Shown here: positions 39,884 to 49,428 of the stretch, piece by piece
Layout: each line of letters opens with the position of its first letter
How positions within the stretch are numbered: position 1 is the stretch's first letter
Assembly (NCBI GenBank): GCA_965208645.1
Contig: OZ242350.1
Coordinates: forward strand, 2,535,475 to 2,599,474
Direction of reading: 5' to 3'
Length of the DNA stretch: 64,000 bases
Source of the DNA: Dehalococcoidia bacterium
Lineage (GTDB): Bacteria > Chloroflexota > Dehalococcoidia > Lucifugimonadales > Lucifugimonadaceae
Notes under the pieces: model-generated
The model's database searches: none
Told to the model about the DNA's origin: nothing
Seen by the model: the letters and a program-made list of their open reading frames with translations, nothing else
Position numbers and translations under genes: made by a program

Positions 39884-40373
39884 TTGAGGTGCCCCCTTCG
39901 GACCGTTGAGCATGGTTCCTGCCACGGTTCCGTCTCAAGTGGGTGCATTCAGGGGGCATGGGGTTTCCATGCCCGACAAACAGAAGCAGACCCGTTGAGA
40001 CAACGGAACCGTGGCAACTGGCAGGATAGCACATGATTCCATAACCAACACAACATCCTTACAACCCTTGAAATCCGGGGTCAGACAACAACCCTCATCC
40101 CACCAATCCGCAAGCTTGTCCCGTAATCCGACTACGGTATCGCAGTAATCACGGGTTCAGACAACCTCCAACACATCCCCAACAACCAAATCACAAACCC
40201 CATGAACCCCACCGACGCGGCGATGCTTCGACAACCAGTCGACCAAAATCCCCTGAAAGGGAGTTTTGAACGCGTCCATCGTTCGCATCATTCCCAGTCA
40301 TGCCCATCCCACTCGAAAACTGCTACCCTAACGTAATCGAAAACATAATCACCAACACCAACCCACCACACCC

Positions 40374-41357
40374 ATGAAAAAAGCCTTAATCACCGACTAT
40401 GTCTGGCCAAACATCGACGTCGAATCCGAAGTCCTCAGAGCCGCCGGTGTTGAACCCGTCGTCGCCCCTGACACCTCCGAACAGACCCTAGCCAACCTAG
40501 CAACCGACGCCGATATCATCATGTTCTGCTTCGCCCAAGTCACTGGCAACGTGCTGAGGGCTGCCGAAAGGTGCATGGTCGCTTCCCGGTATGGCATCGG
40601 TGTCGACAATATCGATATCCCGACCGCCACCGAGCTCGGCATCGTCGTCACGAATGTGCCCGACTACTGCATGGATGAGGTCACCGACCACGCCATCGGC
40701 ATGATCCTTGCGCTCAACCGTCGCCTCCTGCCCCACGACTCCCAAGTCAAAGACGGCGGCTGGCACGACGTAGTCCTCGACCAACCAATGCATCGGACTA
40801 GGGGTGCGACCCTCGGCATCCTCGGCTACGGACGCATCGGGCGCGCCATCGCCGATAAAGCCGCCAGTTTCGGGATGAACCTGATCGCCTACGACCCCAT
40901 GATCGAACCCGGGCAGACCATAGACGGAACCGAGATCACGACCTTCGATGAAGTCCTCAAACGCTCCCACTTCATCACCGTCCACACTCCCTTGACACCC
41001 GAAACCGAAGGCATGATCGGCCCCGACCAACTAGCCATGATGATGCCCGGCGGAATCATCGTCAACTGCGCCCGCGGGGGAATAATCCAAGAGCAAGCGC
41101 TTGCCGACGCCCTAAACTCCGGCCACCTGGCAGGAGCCGGGTTAGATGTCCTAGAACCAGCGCCACCTCCCAATGACCACCCTCTACTGACCGCGCCCAA
41201 CGTCATCATCACCCCCCACACCGCCTTCTTCTCCCAAGCCTCGACCGTCGAGCTGGAACGTAGAACCGCCCAGGAAGCTCTGCGCGTTCTGAGCGGCAAC
41301 GCGCCGGAAAACTTGATCAATCCTGACGTTCTGGGAAGGACCCGGGTGGGAATTTGA
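40374..41357 (+). CDS. D-isomer-specific 2-hydroxyacid dehydrogenase
   Basis: LGILGYGRIGRAIA (NAD-binding motif), NCARGGII and TPHTAF are the catalytic His region motifs. Confidence 0.85.
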   Translation: MKKALITDYVWPNIDVESEVLRAAGVEPVVAPDTSEQTLANLATDADIIMFCFAQVTGNVLRAAERCMVASRYGIGVDNIDIPTATELGIVVTNVPDYCMDEVTDHAIGMILALNRRLLPHDSQVKDGGWHDVVLDQPMHRTRGATLGILGYGRIGRAIADKAASFGMNLIAYDPMIEPGQTIDGTEITTFDEVLKRSHFITVHTPLTPETEGMIGPDQLAMMMPGGIIVNCARGGIIQEQALADALNSGHLAGAGLDVLEPAPPPNDHPLLTAPNVIITPHTAFFSQASTVELERRTAQEALRVLSGNAPENLINPDVLGRTRVGI

Positions 41358-41367
41358 ATCGCAACCC

Positions 41368-41536
41368 GTAGGGGCGGTTCGCGAACCGCCCCTACATTGC
41401 CACCACCCAAACCGCAGAAAATCCGATCAACGAAGCCAAGGACACCCGTAGGGGCAGGTTTCAAACCTGCCCCTACCAACCAGACAACACCATCAATCCC
41501 CTCTCCCGCTCGGCGGGAGAGGGCTAGGGTGAGGGC
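41368..41536. repeat. cluster of three hairpin repeat elements (family F GTAGGGGC...GCCCCTAC x2; CCCTCTCCC...GGGAGAGGGCTAGGGTGAGGGC)
   Basis: Hairpins at 41368-41395 and 41448-41476, and an element at 41497-41536 related to those at about 34829 and about 35662. Confidence 0.8.
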
Positions 41537-41542
41537 CCGAAA

Positions 41543-42694
41543 ATGAAAATCACCAACGTAACCGCCATCCCTGCCTCTTCTGCCCCGCGTGGCCAAGCCC
41601 GCAACTACGTCTTCGTTAAGGTCGAGACTGACGAAGGCATCACTGGATGGGGCGAGGCAACCGCCGGACCTCTAGCCGTCGCCACCATGGTCGACGAGTT
41701 CGGCGAGGTTTTGATCGGTCAAGACCCTAGTCGCATCGAGCAGCATTGGCAGACGCTCTACCACCACTTCCATGTCCGAGGCGGCGTAGTCCAGCTCTCC
41801 GCAATCTCCGGCATCGAAATCGCCCTCTGGGACATCAAAGGCCAAGCTCTGGGCGTTCCCGTCTACGAACTTCTCGGCGGCAAGATGCGAGAAAAGATCT
41901 GGTGCTACGGACGCTGGGACGGCCTCACCCCCGAACTCGCCGTCGAAAACGCCCTCCGCCATACCGAACAAGGTCTAACCGCGCTCAAGGGCGACCCCTT
42001 CGATCACCGCGGACTATTCATCCCCATCGAAGCCGAGCGCATCGCCATCCAGAAACTCGCGGCAGTCCGAGAAGCTGTCGGCGATGACGTCGAACTCCTC
42101 GTCGAAGTCCACGGACGCCTCGCACCCGCCGACGCCATCCGCATCGGCAATGCCATGGAGCCATACCGGCCATTCGTCTACGAAGAACCCGTCCCGCCGC
42201 AGAACCTCGACGCCTTAGCCCGCGTTGCCGAAGCGGTAAACATCCCCCTCGCTACCGGCGAACGCCACCTCACCAAGTGGGACTACACCGACCTCCTCTC
42301 CCGTCAGATCGTCAAGATGATCCAGCCCGACATCGTCCAAGCCGGCGGCATCCTCGAACTAAAGAAGATCGCCGCCATGGCCGAAGCCCACTACGTCGGC
42401 TTCCAACCGCACAACCCATATGGGCCGTTCTGCACTATCGCATCCCTCCACGTCGACGCCTGCACACCCAACTTCATGATCCAAGAAGGCGGCATTCACC
42501 CCTGGTTCCAAGACGCCACCATCGGCGATTTTCCACAGCAGAAAGATGGATATTTGCCGCTGCCAACCACCCCCGGCCTAGGCGTATCCATGAACGAAGA
42601 CTGGCTTAAAGCCAACCCTTGGCGGAAAGACGCCGCCCCTTGGCGAGCGCCCGACGGCACCATCGCATCGTTGCAGGAGACGAATTGGTCCTAG
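41543..42694 (+). CDS. enolase superfamily enzyme (mandelate racemase/muconate lactonizing family; galactonate-dehydratase-like)
   Basis: MKITNV...VFVKVETDEGITGWGEAT, AISGIEIALWDIKG and LVEVHGRL/YEEP/GERH form the metal-ligand pattern. Confidence 0.85.
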   Translation: MKITNVTAIPASSAPRGQARNYVFVKVETDEGITGWGEATAGPLAVATMVDEFGEVLIGQDPSRIEQHWQTLYHHFHVRGGVVQLSAISGIEIALWDIKGQALGVPVYELLGGKMREKIWCYGRWDGLTPELAVENALRHTEQGLTALKGDPFDHRGLFIPIEAERIAIQKLAAVREAVGDDVELLVEVHGRLAPADAIRIGNAMEPYRPFVYEEPVPPQNLDALARVAEAVNIPLATGERHLTKWDYTDLLSRQIVKMIQPDIVQAGGILELKKIAAMAEAHYVGFQPHNPYGPFCTIASLHVDACTPNFMIQEGGIHPWFQDATIGDFPQQKDGYLPLPTTPGLGVSMNEDWLKANPWRKDAAPWRAPDGTIASLQETNWS

Positions 42695-42713
42695 CGGCTG
42701 AAAGGACAACGCC

Positions 42714-42944
42714 ATGAGTGCAAAACGCATTCAAACGACAATAAATGTCGACGACGAACTCTACGAACAAGCTCGTCAAATGACAGGCATTGAACGTCTG
42801 TCGAATTTATTCGAGGAAGGGATCCGCGCCCTCATCCAACGAGAGTCGGCGCGTCGGTTTGCGGCCCAAGACGGCACGGATCCGAATTTGCGAATCAACC
42901 GACTTAGAATGCGCCCCAGAACCCAAAACGACGACCAATCATAG
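42714..42944 (+). CDS. type II antitoxin, VapB (DUF2191-like)
   Basis: RIQTTINVDDELYEQARQMTGIERLSNLFEEGIRALIQRE fits the TIDIDDELL..A...TG pattern. Confidence 0.65.
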   Translation: MSAKRIQTTINVDDELYEQARQMTGIERLSNLFEEGIRALIQRESARRFAAQDGTDPNLRINRLRMRPRTQNDDQS

Positions 42945-42986
42945 CCAACGCGCACACACGCATTTTCAAAACCAACTTACGCTCGA

Positions 42987-43769
42987 TCACCAACCCCAAA
43001 CCCTCGCCGCGCACCTACCCATAACCCACTCCAACTCACCATCGCCCGCAAACGCCGGATGCTCCATCACTCCCCGCAGCGCATTCGAGTATCCCTCACG
43101 ACCAGCCGCTGGAGGAAAGTCGCTTCCCCACATCATCCGCTCGACACCAAATGCATCCTTAGCCATCTCGAACACCGGCGGCACACCCTCAAACTTCAGC
43201 TCCGGCAACAACCGAGACGGACGCTTAGCAACCTCTCCCAAACCGGGAACTTTGATCGTAGTATTGCCACGCTCTGCGAGTTTCATGGCCCTCTCGTAGT
43301 CCGCTTCCCAAGGTTCGTCCGTTGCGGCGATCCCTGCCAAATGCTCAATCACAACCTGCGTATCCGGACACGCATCCAAAACCCTCGCAAATTCGTCCGC
43401 CGCAAACCGAGCCGGATCGCCCTGACAAGTGACGATTAAACCCAATTCTCCGGTCTTCTTCCACATATCGTACGGACCAGCATTCACGAACACAGCGTCC
43501 GGCGCCAACCGAATCCCCGCAGCACCATGCTCTGCCAATTTCTCCAAATCTCCCAATGGGTCCCGCGACTCAGGATCCACCAACACCGCCACCTTGAACC
43601 GATCCTCCCGATTTGCCGCCGTCTCGAGAAGATACCCATTGTCAAACGTGCCCCCGTGCTGCACCAACAATGCCTTATCAACACCATTGCGGTCCATCTG
43701 AAACTCGAGCACCTCGATCGGCTCGAACCAGTTGTTTCCGGCATGGGTGTGAGTGTCGATGATCAACAT
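42987..43769 (-). CDS. amidohydrolase_2 family protein (lactonase/decarboxylase-type TIM-barrel metallohydrolase)
   Basis: MLIIDTHTHAG carries the HxH motif, with WGSDFP near the C-terminus. The start may instead be at 43811. Confidence 0.75.
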   Translation of the reverse strand: MLIIDTHTHAGNNWFEPIEVLEFQMDRNGVDKALLVQHGGTFDNGYLLETAANREDRFKVAVLVDPESRDPLGDLEKLAEHGAAGIRLAPDAVFVNAGPYDMWKKTGELGLIVTCQGDPARFAADEFARVLDACPDTQVVIEHLAGIAATDEPWEADYERAMKLAERGNTTIKVPGLGEVAKRPSRLLPELKFEGVPPVFEMAKDAFGVERMMWGSDFPPAAGREGYSNALRGVMEHPAFAGDGELEWVMGRCAARVWGW

Positions 43770-43916
43770 GGGATGACTACCTCCGTACGCAATAGTAAGC
43801 CAATTCTTCAACCCGTTTGCTAGCAGATATACGCCTGCGCAACCCTACAATTAATAGGATTCGAGGGGCATTGCATTCGGTCCCAACGACTCGTCCGTCA
43901 CCAACAAGGATAAGAA

Positions 43917-45482
43917 TTGCACCACGAACACCCGGTAGATTTCGAACTCCAATTCGACCCTTGGATTTTGTCGATCTTCATCGTCTATTTCGTCGTCCTC
44001 ATCGGCATTGCATTGTTTCGCGCCCGCCAGCTACGGAACATGTCCGACTTTGTGTTAGCAGGTCGGAACGTCTCCAGTTTTACCACGGCACTGAGTACTG
44101 GCTCTTCCGCAACCAGTGGTTGGACGATACTGGTATTCCCTGCGATGGCCTTCGAAATGGGTGTCAGTGCGCTCTGGATCGGAGTATGGATCGTGGCAGC
44201 GACGTGGTTGGTTTGGGTCTTGATGGCGAAACGCTTACGCCGTTACACTTTGGCAGCGACAGATTCGTTGACTTCGCCCGAATTCTTCGAAAAACGGTTC
44301 GGCGACCACACCGGAACGTTGCGCACCATCGCCGCGGTAATCACTATCTTCTTCGTCTTCTTCTACGTCAGTTCTGGGTTTATCGCCGGCGCCAAGCTTC
44401 TAGAGAACATCTTCCAAGTTCACCATCCTCAAGCAGTAGTAATCACCGCCATCGCAGTCGCTTCATACACCTTGATCGGCGGATTCTTGGCGGTATCCAG
44501 AACTGACGTCTTCCAAGCATTCATCATGCTCAGCGGCTTCGTCATCATCGTAGTTACGCTCTTCGCTATATCGTCCGATCCCTTCGGTCCAACGGCATCA
44601 GATACGGATGGTTTCTGGAATCCGTTTACCGATGTAGGCGGTACTGTAATCACGCCCTTCTACATACTCTCATCACTCGGTTTTGGGATCGGAGCGTTTG
44701 GAGCTCAGAGGATTCTGCAGAGATTCATGGCGATTGAGAGCGAGAAGAGCATCAAACCCAGCCGCAACATGTCGATGATATGGGTCACCATGACGTTCTT
44801 GCTGAGCCTGAGTGTAGGACTGTTTGCATACCAAGCAATGGATGAAGCCGGTGCTCTCGACACCGTTTTGAACGACCCTGAGAGGCTCTATTACATCATC
44901 GTCGACACTCTGTTTCATCCTGTGGTCATCGGATTACTTCTCACTGCCGTCATCGCCGCTGTGATGAGCACCGCCGACTCCCAGTTGCTCCTTGCTTCGG
45001 CAGTCGCGACCGACGACCTGCCTTTTATCCGAAGATTCGCCTACTCACTCCAAGCAACCTCCCGCGTATGGCTTGGAAGAGGGCTGCTGGTGCTCATCGG
45101 AGCGGTAGCTGCTTTATACTCCATCTACTTCCCCGACTCCGTAGCCAACCTTGTCGTATTCGCTTGGGGTGGAATGGGAGCTGCGTTCGGGCCGGTAACA
45201 CTTCTCGCCCTCTATTGGCGGCGTTTCAACTTCTGGGGGGCGCTGGCCGCGATGGTTTCTGGTACCTTGCTTGCGACACTATGGGGAGTGATGTCAGGCG
45301 GACCAGATTTCTTCGGCGGACCAATCTGGGACATGAACCCAGCGACACTCGCATTCTTCCTAACATTCCCGATCGCGTACTTAGCCACGATTCTTACGGC
45401 TCAACCGTCCGAAGAGGTAACCAAGCTCTTCGACGAGGTAACCGCTGCAAAACCAGAGCTGCGTTCTGAGCGCGCGGTATGA
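43917..45482 (+). CDS. sodium:solute symporter family transporter (PutP-like)
   Basis: About 13 TM segments. DFVLAGRNVSSFTTALSTGSSATSGW is the SSS signature region. Confidence 0.85.
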   Translation: MHHEHPVDFELQFDPWILSIFIVYFVVLIGIALFRARQLRNMSDFVLAGRNVSSFTTALSTGSSATSGWTILVFPAMAFEMGVSALWIGVWIVAATWLVWVLMAKRLRRYTLAATDSLTSPEFFEKRFGDHTGTLRTIAAVITIFFVFFYVSSGFIAGAKLLENIFQVHHPQAVVITAIAVASYTLIGGFLAVSRTDVFQAFIMLSGFVIIVVTLFAISSDPFGPTASDTDGFWNPFTDVGGTVITPFYILSSLGFGIGAFGAQRILQRFMAIESEKSIKPSRNMSMIWVTMTFLLSLSVGLFAYQAMDEAGALDTVLNDPERLYYIIVDTLFHPVVIGLLLTAVIAAVMSTADSQLLLASAVATDDLPFIRRFAYSLQATSRVWLGRGLLVLIGAVAALYSIYFPDSVANLVVFAWGGMGAAFGPVTLLALYWRRFNFWGALAAMVSGTLLATLWGVMSGGPDFFGGPIWDMNPATLAFFLTFPIAYLATILTAQPSEEVTKLFDEVTAAKPELRSERAV

Positions 45483-45488
45483 ATTTCG

Positions 45489-46490
45489 CTAGGTCGCGAT
45501 CTCCATCTCTGGAGTTCCCACGCCCGCGCCTTCTAAGATCACGAGATTGTCGATCTGTTGCTTTACCTCTGTCGACATTTCCCAGTCGCCGCCGATGTTG
45601 TCATCCACCTCTGAGTCCTTCACCATTCCGCATAGCGCGACAGTTACAGTAAGGTTCGCCAACACCCACGCTATCGCCAGCTGCGCGACCGTTTTTCCAT
45701 GGTCTGACGCTATACCTTTCAACTTCTCGACGACGGCGATGTTCTTTGCGAGGTTTTCGGGTCCGAACGAAGCGAGGCCGAAGTTTGCTCCATTCGCGCG
45801 CCAGTCGTTGTCGCCAAAAGCGTGATCTGATGACCATGCGCCTGTCAGCAAACCATGCGCCAGCGTGCCGTATGCCATAACGCCCATGCCGTTGGATTCG
45901 ACGAACGGCATAACGCCGGATTCTGCCCGACGATCAAAGATGTGATAGCCGATCTGGTTGGTGACGATTGGGCTGTGTTCGCGACACTGCGCCATCATCT
46001 CAGGGCTGAAGTTCGAGACTCCGGTATGCCGGAGTTTGCCGGCAGCCTTGGCGTCTTCCAAAGCGCGCATCGGCTCTTCGAATGAACGCGTGTGGTCGGG
46101 CCAGTGGATTAGGAACAGGTCGATATAATCGGTATTGAGACGTTCTAGGCTCTCGTCGATGCTACGTAAGAGGGTTGCTCGGTCGCTGATGGATACGGTC
46201 GCGGCGGTTCGGTCGGGATTGTCGCGGACCCATTCGCGGCCGCCTTTGGTAACCAGCACGATGTCGTTGCGGAATGGTGCGATCGCTTTGCCCATCAGCT
46301 TCTCGCCGTAGCCCCATCCGTAGACGGCGGCGGTGTCGAAGAGCGTGATGCCGGAATCGTAGGATTTATGGGCAGCTCCGATCGCTTCGTCGTCGTCGAA
46401 ATCTCCGTACTGTCCTCTGCCCATCGGCCAGCCACCATAGCCGATGACCGATGATGCTAATCCTGAATCGCCAAACGTTCGCCGTCGCAT
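45489..46490 (-). CDS. aldo/keto reductase
   Basis: GYGGWPMG...ITLFDTAAVYGWGYGE...LIHWPD. Confidence 0.85.
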   Translation of the reverse strand: MRRRTFGDSGLASSVIGYGGWPMGRGQYGDFDDDEAIGAAHKSYDSGITLFDTAAVYGWGYGEKLMGKAIAPFRNDIVLVTKGGREWVRDNPDRTAATVSISDRATLLRSIDESLERLNTDYIDLFLIHWPDHTRSFEEPMRALEDAKAAGKLRHTGVSNFSPEMMAQCREHSPIVTNQIGYHIFDRRAESGVMPFVESNGMGVMAYGTLAHGLLTGAWSSDHAFGDNDWRANGANFGLASFGPENLAKNIAVVEKLKGIASDHGKTVAQLAIAWVLANLTVTVALCGMVKDSEVDDNIGGDWEMSTEVKQQIDNLVILEGAGVGTPEMEIAT

Positions 46491-46569
46491 AATTTCCTCG
46501 CGTCTTTGTTAGCTCGATGTCGCGTGTCCGCTAATGATATTGCGTCCGAGTGCCGGGTTCGCTCAGAAC

Positions 46570-47652
46570 CTAGATTTGCGACACTTCTCCTTCAGACGAA
46601 ACACCAATAACATCCCCCTCCCCAACAAACGCCGACGCCGCGATATCAACTGTCAAGGTCTCGCCGGCAGCCAAGAGACGAGCTGATCCGTTATCCATCG
46701 AGTGCTCTAATCCGCGGTTGTCCCAGCTCGTGCAAGGTTCTAAACCAACGTTGTAACACCGCCCGTACCACGGATATCCCCAACCGCCGCCAAGGTTGCG
46801 CCAGTACCACAGGTACTTGAAGACATCGGTCGGGAACGACACCGCAAAACCGACGTTCGACTCCTTGTTGTGGACTGCGTACCACCCCTCATCCATACCA
46901 GTCATGTAAGCCATATCCAGCGAGCGATCATCTTTGGGAGGCATCTCCCTAAAATCGATCTCACCGCCATCCGTCGATGGCACCATGGGCCACTCACCTT
47001 CCCAACCCAGCACCAACTTCTGTGTATCGACGAACGCTTCGGGGTGTGTCAACACTTTGCAATCGGGAACGTAGAGCCGGCACTGGTCAGATAGGAACGG
47101 CGGGCCGATGGCGATGTGTTCAAGCCAGACGATGTCGACCGATTCCTCGCCTTCATTGATCGCGGTCTTCGACAGTTTGAGTGTCGAAGACCCTTCCTCC
47201 AACGACATCGTCATCTCAACCGCCACGGGCATCCTTACACCCTTCGTGGCGAACTTCACAACAACCCGTTCGGCGGTATCTTCGACGATTGTCGCGTCCC
47301 AAGGCAGATTGTTCAACTCGGCATGTAACCCGAAATCTGCGCCATAGACCTGATCCGGGTAACCACCATGTGGAAGCGCCGTCTGCCATCCTCCCTCGTA
47401 GTAGTCGAGCCACATTCCTTGCGAATCGCCGGTGGACGGCACGAACTTCCGCGGGTCTCGAACGCCCCAAGGAGACCGCCACATGAATTCGGTATCCGTC
47501 GGTTTATGAACGAACGAGTAGACATCCGCGCCTTTGTCGGCAAGGATCATGACGCGAATCGACGAATTCTCCATGACGACCGTCTTCAACCCGCGGTAGG
47601 TCCAGGAATCGGAAATCCGACATCCGTGCGTTCGTTCGTCGGCGTAATGCAT
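46570..47652 (-). CDS. DUF4432 / aldose-1-epimerase-like protein (paralog A)
   Basis: It is homologous along its whole length to 56241..57335 (MHYxDERTHGCRISDxWTYRGLKTVVMEN...). The start is trimmed to the ATG at 47652 to match the paralog. Confidence 0.7.
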   Translation of the reverse strand: MHYADERTHGCRISDSWTYRGLKTVVMENSSIRVMILADKGADVYSFVHKPTDTEFMWRSPWGVRDPRKFVPSTGDSQGMWLDYYEGGWQTALPHGGYPDQVYGADFGLHAELNNLPWDATIVEDTAERVVVKFATKGVRMPVAVEMTMSLEEGSSTLKLSKTAINEGEESVDIVWLEHIAIGPPFLSDQCRLYVPDCKVLTHPEAFVDTQKLVLGWEGEWPMVPSTDGGEIDFREMPPKDDRSLDMAYMTGMDEGWYAVHNKESNVGFAVSFPTDVFKYLWYWRNLGGGWGYPWYGRCYNVGLEPCTSWDNRGLEHSMDNGSARLLAAGETLTVDIAASAFVGEGDVIGVSSEGEVSQI

Positions 47653-47776
47653 AACTGGCAACCTCGGCTTCGTGTGTGGTTGGATCGGCGGTTAGTAGAT
47701 TATCGCAGAATCGGCCTGCTACCCTTCGAGAATATGCACCGAGGTCTTGCGAATGAATTCGATCAGGAGTTGAAGA

Positions 47777-48277
47777 ATGGCCACACGGTGGCGCTGGATA
47801 TTGTTAGCGGGGTTGGTGGTCATTTCGCTGGCGAGCGCTTGCGGTTCGGATGATGGGCTAAACGACAGTTCGGTCGCGGAATCAGACGATCCGGTTGAGC
47901 GTGGGGAGCGGATATACGTGACGTATTGCGCGTCGTGTCATGGTCAAACGGGTGAAGGTGAGCCGCACTGGAACATCAAAAAGAGCGACGGGACGCTGCC
48001 ACCACCGCCATTGAACGGAAGCGGTCACACCTGGCATCACGGCGACGGCACCCTTTACAAGCAGGTTAAACTCGGTGGCGGTTATCTGGATCTGCCGGGG
48101 TTTAAATCTGGGATGCCAGCGTTCGGCGAGCAACTGTCGGATCGGGAGATCGTCGACGTTTTGGCGTACGTGAAGAGCCTTTGGGGCGATCAGACCATTC
48201 GGGGCGTGTCAATACGCGAGGCTCAGATTGAGGTCAGCAAGAACGATCCCTTTCCGGTCGCGTCGTTTGATGACTAA
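47777..48277 (+). CDS. class I c-type cytochrome lipoprotein
   Basis: Signal plus lipobox (LASAC), a CASCHG haem-binding motif and a distal GMPAF Met ligand region. Confidence 0.8.
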   Translation: MATRWRWILLAGLVVISLASACGSDDGLNDSSVAESDDPVERGERIYVTYCASCHGQTGEGEPHWNIKKSDGTLPPPPLNGSGHTWHHGDGTLYKQVKLGGGYLDLPGFKSGMPAFGEQLSDREIVDVLAYVKSLWGDQTIRGVSIREAQIEVSKNDPFPVASFDD

Positions 48278-49329
48278 TCGGGTCGGTAGTCCGACGTCAC
48301 CATGATCCGGAAGACATCCTTTTCCGGGCGTAACATTCGCTCGAAGCCGTCTTCCATTACGCGTTCCAATGGGATAACCGCGGATACAAGTTCCTCGAGG
48401 AGAATTTTGCCGTCTGCGATGAGTTGGATCCCTTTCTCCATGTCTCCCGGTGATGCGGCTACTGACCCGATGACGGTCCTTTCGGTTCCTACAATCTCGT
48501 TGAAATCGAAATTGGCAGCATCCGAGTGGATTCCGACAAGTACCGTGGTTCCACCGGGGCGGGTCCAATTGATCGCGATGCGGGGCGTTACAACTGCGCC
48601 GGCGGTCTCGACGACGATGTCCGCTCCGACACCGTCGGTCAAATCCATCAGCTGCTCGAGGGCGTCTTCATCACCGGTGTTTATCGCCGCGTCGGCGCCG
48701 AGTTTCAAAGCGAGTTCGAGAGACTGCGCTCGCAGGTCGCCAGCAATGACGCGGGCTCCTGCGGCGCGCAGGACCTGCATTGTCAACATGCCGACAGTGC
48801 CGCATCCGATCACCGCGACAGTGTCGCCTACCTTGATGCCGGTTCTACGAGTGGCATGAACGGCGACCGATGTCGGTTCGATTAGGGGCGTTTGGACGTC
48901 GGGGATGTTGTCGGGTAATTTAATCAGGTGACTTTCCGGCCAGACCATGTATTCCGCCAATCCGCCATCCAAAGCGAACCCGGCGGAGTTCACGTTCGCG
49001 CAACTTGACTGCGATCCAAGTACGCACCAGTGGCATACACCGCAAGGTCGGATGTTGTTCACCATGACGCGGTCGCCGACGGACAAACCGCGAACGTTGG
49101 TACCGACGGCTTCGACTCGACCTGAAGTTTCGTGGCCGACGGTCTTGGGCTCCGTCTGCCATCGAGCCATGGTCGGCCCGTGCCACCACCGTTCGACGTC
49201 CGTCTGGCAGATCGAAGCGTACGAGATGACGAGGCGCGCCTCGTCATCGGCCGGCAAGGGGACCGGCACATCCTCTAATCGCATGTCTCTGCGACCGTAG
49301 TAACGCAATGCTTTCATGCTGTCTGACAT
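48274..49329 (-). CDS. Zn-dependent MDR alcohol/polyol dehydrogenase (paralog A)
   Basis: ICQTD...GHETSG, a structural Zn Cys cluster CGVCHWCVLGSQSSC, and GCGTVG. Confidence 0.85.
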   Translation of the reverse strand: MSDSMKALRYYGRRDMRLEDVPVPLPADDEARLVISYASICQTDVERWWHGPTMARWQTEPKTVGHETSGRVEAVGTNVRGLSVGDRVMVNNIRPCGVCHWCVLGSQSSCANVNSAGFALDGGLAEYMVWPESHLIKLPDNIPDVQTPLIEPTSVAVHATRRTGIKVGDTVAVIGCGTVGMLTMQVLRAAGARVIAGDLRAQSLELALKLGADAAINTGDEDALEQLMDLTDGVGADIVVETAGAVVTPRIAINWTRPGGTTVLVGIHSDAANFDFNEIVGTERTVIGSVAASPGDMEKGIQLIADGKILLEELVSAVIPLERVMEDGFERMLRPEKDVFRIMVTSDYRPD

Positions 49330-49428
49330 CTTCTCTCCCGTTGTGGTCGATGCTGCGATCCGCGCATATTTCTGAGGAATTGACTAACATGCATAGTACT
49401 CTGACCGCGATACGGAGGTCACTCGACC

